DNA from: Prasinococcaceae sp. CCMP 1430
Lineage: Eukaryota > Plantae > Prasinodermophyta
DNA: 37,796 nucleotides
Assembly: GCA_013416795.1 (NCBI GenBank)
Contig: RQSC01000017.1
Location: forward strand, 1-37,796
Direction of reading: 5' to 3'
Shown here in pieces: positions 29,201-37,796 of this stretch (positions within the stretch are counted from its first letter, which is position 1; each line of letters starts with the position of its first letter). The position numbers and the translations under genes were made by a program. Under the pieces are notes generated by a model. It saw only the letters and a program-made list of their open reading frames with translations, ran no database searches and was not told the origin of the DNA.

Positions 29201-32200
29201 GGCTGCGTAGCCCACTGTTGACGAGACGAGGCCATCGATGCCACTAGCACCGCGGTTGGCACATACTGGCGCTCCAGTGCTCAGATGGCCGTCATGGTGT
29301 CCGCGGCTTTCACCAAACATGTCGGCATCACGGATTGGCATCGAGTTGCCAAGGAAGAGCGCGTTGCGCTCTGGGAGACCCTCCACAATGTCGACAGCCA
29401 CACGCATCTCGGTCAAGCGGTGCGCGTCGCTCTCGTGCGAGGCGAGCCACAGGTCAACCGCACGCGAGGCCGCTCCCGAGAGTTCACTCCACAACGACGT
29501 GAATGCCATCTGCTCCAGAATCCGAGGGTTCGAGCCAGCGCGCTCAGTGGCCCCTGCTGCACCCGGCGTGACCTCATCTGTTGCTGCTACGAAAGCTGAG
29601 GCAGTGCAAACGATGCGATGCGTGGCACAGTGCGTCTCGTCGAGCCTTGCCGCATGCGCCGCCACCAACACGCGTGCGCTAGTTGCGCCGCATGCCGTGC
29701 CGCGCTTCAGAAATTTTGCCAGCCTCTTCGAGAGAGGGCGCTCGCCAAACTGCACGACAACATCAGGGAAGAGATTGCCCCACAGTGGCTCCTCGGCGAG
29801 AGTCTGGTCAAAGTGCGACACGAGGCACACACCTGCGGCGCGGGCGGCGCCCGAATCAATGCCCACGCGCAGCGAAGAGGTCACATCCGTAAGCACGGGC
29901 CATCCAGTGCGCTTTGCCAGCGAAATGATGGCCCACGCATCCTCTGCACCAAGTGCACCACCCGCGACGACGAGCCCCTTTCTCGCGCGAGAGAGCAGCG
30001 GCAGGACAGAGCGCGCCAGCTCCGGATAGATTGACCCAACGCCACCACTAACGGGAGCTGACACACCCGAAACATAGGTCGTAAGCGGCGCGCGGGAGGT
30101 GGCCCACGCGCGCAGCCCGGAGACACACCCTGCGGCGTCCCATTTGTGCGGCGTGGGCTCGAGTGGCTCGCGGAACTCCATGTTGACGTGCACCGCGCCC
30201 GGCCCGTTGCCACCTGCCATGGGCGCGACCGAGCGGTGCACGGCCTGTGAAAGCGCCGACAGCATTGCACTCGCTGGCGCGCCCGCATCGGGGGGCGGCA
30301 CGCTCGTTCTCCATCTCAGCACCGCGTCCCCGAACACGTCAGCCTGCGCCCTGAGGGCCTGGTTGGCGCCACAGTCTCTGAGCTCGAATGGCCTGTCGGC
30401 GGTGAGGAGCAGCAAGGGCGTGCACGAAAGGCTGGCCTCATGAACCGCGGGCGCGAGATTGGCCACCGCGGTGCCGCTGGTCGTAATCACGCACGCGGGG
30501 CAGCCGCTGGCTTTGCCGTAACCAAGCGCGTGGAAGCCCAGCGAGCGCTCATCGATGCATGGCACGACCGTCGCACGACTGTGCTCGAGCGCAGCGAGGG
30601 CAAGCGGCGTGGAGCGGCTGCCGGGGGCCACACAAAAGTACGTGACTCCAAGCCGCACCAGCTCCTCCACAGCAAGGCGTGCCCACGTGTTGCTCGCGTT
30701 AGGAAGAGCCACCAAAGCCGCTTTCGTCCTGATATCGTCGCCATCGTCAGCATCGGCGTTGTATCTGTCCGCCGCGTCGAGCGCTGCTGCCACGTCCGCG
30801 CACACGCCCCTGGCTGGTGTGAGAGCATCCAGCATGGAGCTACACTTGAGGTCGAGCTCGGCCCACTCGGCGTCGGGGCACGCGCCACGCACGATGCCAA
30901 CGCCAGCGTATACGATCACGTGTGCGCCGCCACGGCCATTGTCAGCTCCGGCGCTCCTATCCAAGAGTGCGTCGCCATTATTAGTCCCTCCGTGCGCCAG
31001 GTCCGTGCTGTTCGCTGTCCTGGCGCCGCTCTCCGGCAGAACGAGCGCCGAGCGTATTGCCACAGAAAACTCCGCGCCTTCGCCACCCAGCCATCCGAAC
31101 GGCCCAGCGTACATGCCCCTGTCGAAGGGCTCCGCCTCGCGAATGGCGCGCGTGGCGAGATCCGTTGGATGGCCACACATCGCAGGCGTTGGGTGCAGCT
31201 TGTGCAGCAAATGCGCGTCCGACACATCTTCCCGCAGACGGCCCTGGAGCACGCCGTACAAGTGCTGGATCGACGCCTGCTTGAGGGGCTCCTTACCAAC
31301 CACGTCCTCAACGCTGCTGCAAACCTCGCTGAGCTCCCTCCGCACATCGTCCCTGACAATCATGAATTCCTCGTGTTCCTTTTTGCCCCCCATGAGCTCG
31401 CGCGTGAGCGCCGCGTCCTCCTCATCCGTCACGCCCCGCGCGCGCGTGGCGGCCACCGCCTCGCTGGCCACTTCGCGCCCCACACGACGGTAAAGGCGTT
31501 CTGGGCTCGATCCAAAGAAGGTCTCACCGCTCTCCAGCTGCAGTAGGAATTGATACGCAGTGGGATCACGCTGCTGTAGCTCCGCCAATAGAGCGCACGG
31601 CTCGGCATTTGCGTCCACTGAGACGTGCGTTGCGCGAGCGAGGACGACCTTGGAGAGCGCGTCGCTTCCGTCGGCCGCCGCGCGCTCTTCGGTGTCACGC
31701 ACGTGACCGTCCTCAATGCGCGACAAGGTCTCATCCATGACCCCCTTCCAGCCGTCCGCGCACGGCGCCTGCTCCGTCACGCGCCCTCCCTCAGGCTGGG
31801 CGGCGGCGCGTGATGGCGCGCCAGCGCTCGCGCGGGGCTGCTCGGCCCCGGCGGCCGCGACGGCGCTGAGTGCCGCCGCCGCTCGCGCGGTCGCCGCCAG
31901 AAGGCACTGCTCAGCGCCCATCGCACGCGCGATGCCACCCCCGTGAGGCACACCGTCCCACGCGACGGTCAGCGTGAGCAGCGTTGCACCCGCGCACTCG
32001 CGAAGCTCGACGCTTGGAACCACGAAGTAGTACCCTCCGAAGCGCGCCCACTCGGGTGCGGGCGCGGTGCCCGCATCGAAGCGCGTACAGCCCAGCGCAC
32101 GCACTCGCGGGCTGCGGTCGCTGAGCCACGCTCCAACGGCCGCAGCCGCGTCCTCGTCGAAGTCTCCATCTGCCGTCCACAAAGCAGCTGCTCCACACGC

Positions 32201-32935
32201 GCCGACGGCGCCGTGCACGCCCCAGCCAGCGCCGCCCGCGCGTGCGCTTGAGAAGGCAGCGGGCTCCGTGCGTGACGCGCGCGGGGAAAAGTACACGCGC
32301 GGGGCGAGGTCGGATGCCTCGCTCCGAGCGCGATCGGAGGATGCAGCATCCTCCTCCCACGCCGGGGCACTGCGAAGCGCGGGCAGCGCCTCGAGCCAGC
32401 GTAGAGCGTCGAAGCCTGCCGGCAGCGGCGCCTCAACTCGCACTATGCCCGAAGGTGCGCGCGACGCTGCCGCGGCGGCGGACGCCATCCTCGCAGCGGG
32501 CGAGTCGGGCGCATCGCACCCGCCTGCGCCCTCCTCGCCGCCGTCACGCAGCGCGCGCAGCGCCCCCTCGAGAGCGCGCAGCGCGTCTGCGTAGCTCAGG
32601 CTCGGCGCGAGCGTCACCGTGCGGCAGAGGTCGACCGGCGCTCGCCGCGGTGCGGCGCGGCCGCCATCCTAAGGCGTTCGCGCGCCAATGCGGGCAGGAG
32701 AAGGGTCAGCACACCATCAGCAGACGCGCGGACGGGAGCCTCGCGGCGGCGGCGCGGGCGCGCTGCGCACAGGCCCCGGTGTGGGAGGGTTTGCGGAGGT
32801 CGTCGCAGGAGCGGCCGTTCGAACTGGCGGGCGCGCCGCGCGCGCCGCCTGCAGCGCCGCGCCTCCCTGTCTTCTGCGCTGCCAAACCACGCGCCCCGCA
32901 CGGCCTGCCCGCCGCCTCCAGTGACATCTCGACAT
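26288..32935 (-). CDS. PHYLLO: PHYLLO: MenF-MenD-MenC-MenH fusion for phylloquinone biosynthesis (putative exon 1 32935-32771, intron 32770-32669, exon 2 32668-26288; start may lie further upstream toward the gap)
   Basis: MenF: KVVLAR, GSSPERLY, LHPTPAMCG, DRGMYAGP, FSVAIRSA, YAGVGIV. MenD: VAPGSRSTPLA, IDERSLGF, TTSGTAVAN, NRGASGIDG, GDVSFMHD, NNGGGRIF. MenC: KLKVG, VDANQ, EEP, LDE, LKPS. MenH: HGFLG, GYSMGG, GHALLTE. Confidence 0.93.
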
Positions 32936-33045
32936 CCCTCGCCCCTCTCTCTCCCGCGGGGGGCGAGCGCCGACACCGCGCTGCGCAAAACGCACCTCTG
33001 CAGCGGCCGCCGTCAGCGCGGCGCCGGCGGGCGCGCCCTCGGCGG

Positions 33046-33291
33046 NNNNNNNNNNNNNNNNNNNNNNNNNNNNNNNNNNNNNNNNNNNNNNNNNNNNNNN
33101 NNNNNNNNNNNNNNNNNNNNNNNNNNNNNNNNNNNNNNNNNNNNNNNNNNNNNNNNNNNNNNNNNNNNNNNNNNNNNNNNNNNNNNNNNNNNNNNNNNNN
33201 NNNNNNNNNNNNNNNNNNNNNNNNNNNNNNNNNNNNNNNNNNNNNNNNNNNNNNNNNNNNNNNNNNNNNNNNNNNNNNNNNNNNNNNNNNN
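33046..33291. other. Assembly gap (246 N) covering the PHYLLO/GGH divergent promoter and the GGH start
   Basis: Run of N. Confidence 1.
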
Positions 33292-34483
33292 CCGCGGCGC
33301 TGGTCGCGCTCGCCGCCGCGGCGCTGCCCATGGCGGCGGCGGCGGCGGCTGCTGGCACGCGGCCCATCATCGGCATCTTCACGCAGCCGACTTCGAGGGA
33401 TGATCCCACCCCGATGCTCGCAGCCTCGTACGTCAAGTTCGTAGAGATGGCCGGTGGCCGTGCCGCGCCTTTCTTCCACAACTCGACGCGTGAGCAGCTG
33501 CGCGAGACCTTCTCCGCGGTGAACGGCGTCCTCTTCCCGGGCGGCAGCTCGTCGGTGACCAGAGGCGCTCCTCTCAGGGAGGCGGCGGAGTTCGTGTACG
33601 ACCTTGCAGTGGCGGAGAACGCGGCGGGCGGCGTCTTCCCCGTGCACGGCACGTGCCTCGGCTTCGAAATGCTCTCGCTCATCGTGGCGCGCACTGACGA
33701 CGGCGTGCTGTCAGACTTCGATGCGGAGGACTGTGCCAGCGAGCTGACGCCGCACAAGGGCGATACCCACGTCTGGCAGGCCAGCAAGCTCTACGGACTG
33801 GCGTCGCCCACGCTGCTTGCGCGCGCCGCCGACGCCAGCCTGCCACCGCTCGCAATGGAAAACCACCGTTCGGGCGTCTCCCCCGACACGTTCGCCAAGG
33901 TGCCCGGCCTGCGGGAAAACTTCACGCTCTTGACGACCTCGCTCGACAGGGTCGGCAAGAGATATGTGAGCTCTGTTGAGCACAAGAGCATGCCCATCAC
34001 GGCGACGCAGTGGCACCCGGAGAAGGCGGCTTTCGAGGTGCGTTACGCGCGCGTCGCCAAGCGTCGCCGCGCGCCTCCCCGGGCCTGCGCGCGCGCGCGC
34101 TGTGGCGCGCGGCTTGCCACCGGCTGCTGACGCGCACTCTTCTCCGCGCGGCCGTGGATGCGCTTTGCGGCGCTGCGCAGTGGACCACGGAGCAACACAT
34201 CCCCCACTCGGCCGAGGCAGTTGCACTCACGCAGGCCATCGCAAACTACCTGGTGGCGCAGGCGCGCCTCTCATCGCATCGCCCGAAGGACATCAAGGCG
34301 GAGCGCGCGCTCATCATGGCCAACTACGAGCCCACGTTCACGGCCGTCTACGAGGAGAAGCGCCTCGAAGTGGCGCGGCAGACGGCGAGGAAGCTTGGCA
34401 GGCCCGGGGCGCTTGTCGCCGCCGGCGAGCCCGGCGAGAACGACGAGAACCTGTTCGACCAGATTTACTTCTTCCCGTCCTGA
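33292..34483 (+). CDS. GGH: Gamma-glutamyl hydrolase (peptidase C26, folylpolyglutamate hydrolase); 5' end in the gap; exons to 34037 and 34181-34483
   Basis: Signal-like ALVALAAAALP, RPIIGI, AASYVKFVEMAGGR, NGVLFPGG, nucleophile GTCLGFE, ENH and catalytic QWHPEK..FE|W..IPHS. Intron 34038-34180 (GAG|GTGCGT..CTGAC..GCGCAG|TGG). Confidence 0.92.
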
Positions 34484-34602
34484 GTCGGGCGCGGCACGCA
34501 CGAGCGCGCGCCACGCGCAGCTAATACTAATAAGGCCGTCCGTCCCCCCGCTCGCGCGCCCGCCGTCCGGCGCGCCGCCGCCGCCGCCGCCGCTGTCACN
34601 AA

Positions 34603-35049
34603 CATGACGCGACGGACGCCTCCTCGGGTCTGCCCGTCACCGTGGACACGAGCTGGCCCGCGCTGGCGCTCGAGGCACCGCTCGAGATTGCGCTCGCGCG
34701 TGCGAGAGCGAGGGCAGCGCAGGCCGGCGCAAAGTGGTCGACCGGGCAGCAGAGCGGCAAGCTTGCGGAAGGCACCGCCGCGCCCCCCCTGCGCTGGCGT
34801 GCGGTGCTCGTGAATTCGCAGCAGAAGACGGGCACGACGGCGATGGAATGGCTCGGCGCCGCGCTGCTCAAGCACGCGTGCGAGGCGGCGAACGGCGAAG
34901 CCAACGTTGGCAGCGTCGACAGCGCTGCCTCCGAGGCCATTTTCTCCTCCGCGGCTGGTGAGGACACCGCAGCCGCCACCGATCGGCAGGCCGCCGTCGC
35001 TGCGACGAGTGCGGCGCGGGCCGCGCGATTGGAGACGGGCGCATTGTGA
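34603..35049 (+). CDS. Partial ORF with a sulfotransferase-like PAPS-binding loop; fragment or mis-joined contig
   Basis: The frame is open from the single N at 34600. AVLVNSQQKTGTTAMEWL resembles the 5'-PSB loop (hhhhS.PK[ST]GTT.h..h), but the ORF ends about 65 aa later without the rest of the domain. Confidence 0.3.
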   Translation, partial: HDATDASSGLPVTVDTSWPALALEAPLEIALARARARAAQAGAKWSTGQQSGKLAEGTAAPPLRWRAVLVNSQQKTGTTAMEWLGAALLKHACEAANGEANVGSVDSAASEAIFSSAAGEDTAAATDRQAAVAATSAARAARLETGAL

Positions 35050-35130
35050 GCGCGCGCGCCGCCGCTAACGCGTGCCGCCCCCCTCGCGCTCCGCGCCGCG
35101 CCGCCCATGCCGCTTCGGACGCCGCCGCAG

Positions 35131-36674
35131 ATCCGCCGCGCGTACCGCAACCTGGTGACCAAGGTTCACCCCGACAAGGGCGGCGACCCGGAGAAGTTCG
35201 CGATGATCTCTCGCGCGTACGACATCCTGAGCAACTCGGAGCGTCGTGAGCAGTACGACACCACGGGCGAGACCGAGAAGACCGTCGAGGAGGACTTTAT
35301 GGACTCGTTCGGCGGTGGTTCGTTCCGCGACAAGGCGCGCGCGTCAGAGGCGCGCGACGGCGCCATGATGGACCAGATCGTCGAGCTCAACGACCCGCAG
35401 AAACAGAGCCACAGTGCGGGCTTCGAGGCTTGGATGCGCGCCCGCGGCGACGCCGCCAACATGGTCTTCACCGCCGAGACCGCCGCGGAGCAGTTCGGCG
35501 TCGTCAAGTCGTCGTACGAGGCGGTCCCGCTGCCGCCCGTCCGCGCGTACGATGTGAAGTGCAAGAAGCTCGGCCAGCCCCGCGACGTGCTGGAGCGCGA
35601 CTCAGAGGCGATCCCGGCCGAGCTCGAATGGGGCGAGGTCCTCGTGAACATCCGCGCCGCGCCGATCAACGCCGCGGATCTGTACGCCGCGCAAATGGGC
35701 CAGAGCGTGGTCAGCGATGGAAGCCGCCTGTCGCCGCCGTTCACCGCCGGCAACGATGGCCTCGGCGTCGTGGTCAAAGTCGGACCGGGGTGCAAGGTGC
35801 TGCAAGAGGGCGACTGGGTGCTCCCCTACGGCACAGGCATGGGCACGTGGCGCTCGCTGACCGTGTGGAAGGAGAAGGCGGTACTCAAGGTGCCCACTGA
35901 TCTCATGCCGGTGGAGTACGCCGCCATGCTGCGCGAGCTGTGCGTGGCGTACCGGCTGCTCGAGGACTACGGCACGCTCAAGCCCGGCGACTCGGTGATC
36001 ATCAACGCTGGGACGTCGACCGTTGGGCAGTGCGTCATCCAGCTCGCCTCCATGCTCAAGCTGCGCCCCATCGCCGTCGTGCGTGAGTCTGACAGCTCGG
36101 CCTTCGAGAAGACCGGCGTGTGGCTCAAGTCACTGGGCGCCAGCGAAGTGCTGGTGGACGGGGGATCGCTCAAGCTCGAGCTCGACAAGAAGAAGTACTA
36201 TGCCAAGCCCAGGCTGGCGCTCGATGCGGTGGGCGGCAGCTCGGCCGTGCGGCTGGCGGACTGCCTGCAGGACGGCTGCCCGCTTGTGGTGTACGGCTGC
36301 ATGTCGGGCAAGCCGCCCCAGTTCCCGTGGCAGTACTGGGTTGGCAATGGTCTCAAGGTGGAGGGCTTCAACCTGAGACGCTGGATGAAGGAGAAGAAGA
36401 GGCGCGTGCCCGCCATGATGGAGTCGCTGGCTAAGCTCGTCAACTCTGACAAGTTGCGCATCAATTACACCGAGTACGAGTTGTCCAAGGAGTTCGACGA
36501 GGCCCTGGACCACGCGCTGGAGGCTGGTCGCAACACCAAGATCCTGCTGCGCATGTCCGACATCGGCGTGACGGTATGTTGTGCGGCAGGCCCACCAACG
36601 CCCCACGCGCCGCCCGACTTTGGGCTCTCGCTGACCCCTCCGCCACGCGCACTCTGTCCCATCCGCAGTACTGA
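35131..36674 (+). CDS. J-domain + MDR-family 2-enoyl-thioester reductase (MECR/Etr1-like) fusion; exons 35131-36573 and 36669-36674; first exon unresolved (in-frame ATG at 35107)
   Basis: IRRAYRNLVTKVHPDKGGDPEKF..AYDILS..RREQYD (J domain with HPD), then EVLVNIRAAPINAADL, GNDGLGVV.KVG, GDWVLP..GTWRS, AYRLL, GDSVIINA..STVGQ.VIQLA, PRLALDAVGG and YGCMSGKP. Acceptor GCCGCAG|35131 with GCTAAC branch point. Last intron 36574-36668. Confidence 0.85.
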
Positions 36675-37039
36675 GAGGCCAGATCGAGCGACGACGCAAC
36701 GTCCGCCGACCCTCTGCGCCGAGACGAGCGGGTGCGCACCTCGCGCTCCGAGGGTGCCCCCCTCGCCCTCCGATCGCTCGCCCCCCCCCTTTCGCGCACG
36801 GCGACAGCGCTCGTCGCGTCAGCTAGCTAGAGCTAGGCGCCGAAATGCCGCTCCCCCGGATGAAATGCCCGGATGAGCCGGGGTAATCGCACGCAGACAC
36901 ACCGGGTCTATCCCCGACGACCCGTGGTACTCTGCCTTCGACTCGCGACGGGCCTCGATCGCGCAGCGCGCGCGCGCGCTCCCGCGCGCGCCCCGACTTG
37001 CAACCCGAACCTGTGTTATTTGAGGTCGCTTCATAGTAG

Positions 37040-37401
37040 GGAGGGTTTGGCTCTGTCTTCTTCGAAGGCGTTTCGATGCGCCCGCGCGCGCCCGCGCGGG
37101 CGCGCGCGTCGCGTGCGTTTCGATGGCGCGCGTCTAGGGTTTAGGTAGTCTAGTTAGGGTTTAGGTAGTATGTGGAGGGTTTGGCTCTGTCTTCTTCGAA
37201 GGCGTTTCGATGGCCCGCGCGCGCCCGCGCGGGCGCGCGCGTCGCGTGCGTTTTGATGGCGCGCGTCTAGGGTTTAGGTAGTCTAGTTAGGGTTTAGGTA
37301 GTACGTGGAGGGTTTGGCTTTGTCTTCTTCGAAGGCGTTTCGATGGCCCGCGCGCGCGCGCGCGGCCGCGCGCGTCGCCTGCGTTTTGATGGCGCGCGTC
37401 T
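37040..37401. repeat. ~134-bp tandem satellite (about 2.7 copies) with degenerate plant-type telomere motifs
   Basis: Units start at 37040, 37174 and 37307 (ggagggtttggct.tgtcttcttcgaaggcgtttcgatg...). Each full unit ends with tagggtttaggtagtctagttagggtttaggtagta. Confidence 0.95.
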
Positions 37402-37796
37402 CCAAGCGCGCGCGCGGGCAGCGGGCGTGGCCGCGGGCGTAGCGCCCGGTGGCAAGGCGCGCGCCGGCGGCCCAAGTGGCACGCGCGTTGGAGAACTGTT
37501 GCGGGCTGCGCGTGCGCGAGGTGCGCCGCTGAACGCCCGCTGACCCGCCTCGGCCGACCGCCCCCTTCCCACGCGCCAACGCACCTCTTCTCTCCGCGCG
37601 CTTGTCGCGTGCGCGGGACGCCCTTCCTGGCCCCCACCGACGCCGCGCGTCCTTCGCAGGTCCTCGGCGTGCAGCGCGGCTGCCGCGATGTTGATGTGCG
37701 TGGACGCCCGCGCGCGCGGGCGCGCGCCTTTTCGGCGCGCCGAGGAGCAGTTCGACAGATGCGCGGCGGCGTTGGCGGCGCCGGGGGCCGCCGGCC

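Noticed and set aside
2498-36668. Introner-like repeated introns
   Set aside because: The roughly 11 modelled introns share only donor, branch and acceptor consensus and CG-rich filler. I saw no extended similarity between them.
26288-36674. Metabolic gene cluster (PHYLLO, GGH, reductase)
   Set aside because: Phylloquinone, folate polyglutamate turnover and enoyl reduction share no direct pathway beyond a distant chorismate link. Adjacency is expected in a compact genome.
37040-37401. True telomere or CRISPR array
   Set aside because: The telomere motifs are degenerate and interspersed, unique sequence continues afterwards, and the units are near-identical with no variable spacers.
1-37796. 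Hundreds of overlapping long ORFs on alternative frames and antisense strands
   Set aside because: Expected in very GC-rich DNA with few stop codons. Their translations are Arg/Ala/Pro-rich with no family motifs (the MCM3 fragment is the exception and is reported).
37402-37796. Possible coding exon at the right edge
   Set aside because: No recognisable motif in any frame and the region is truncated by the window end.

Overview
Gene-dense, very GC-rich eukaryotic nuclear DNA, most consistent with a green alga (prasinophyte-like). Support: short spliceosomal introns with GTGCG-type donors and CTGAC/CTAAC branch points, TGTAA poly(A)-type signals, TTTAGGG-type telomere motifs, a plastid-type LepA and a four-module PHYLLO. 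About 15 protein genes can be modelled by eye: plastid LepA/GUF1, a CKAP2-like putative mitotic protein head-to-head with an Aurora kinase, a Grx-DEP-DUF547 glutaredoxin, a divergent class I aldolase, MSH3, an OSCA/TMEM63 channel, a secreted Pro/Thr-repeat protein, a GT-A glycosyltransferase, a small membrane protein, a divergent lipase maturation factor, an HPD-less J-like protein, PHYLLO (MenF-D-C-H), gamma-glutamyl hydrolase and a J-domain/2-enoyl-thioester-reductase fusion. The window ends with a ~134-bp satellite carrying telomere motifs. There is one 246-N gap, a single N at 34600 and several probable frameshifts. The strongest oddities are: (1) a 20-codon MCM3 arginine-finger fragment lying antisense inside the start of the J-like gene and apparently supplying its ATG; (2) a J-domain/MECR-like fusion lacking the two known catalytic residues; (3) a CKAP2-like motif protein next to Aurora; (4) exact motifs shared between promoters and the telomeric satellite. 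All family assignments come from recalled motifs, not database searches. No complete multi-gene novel system can be demonstrated from the sequence alone.
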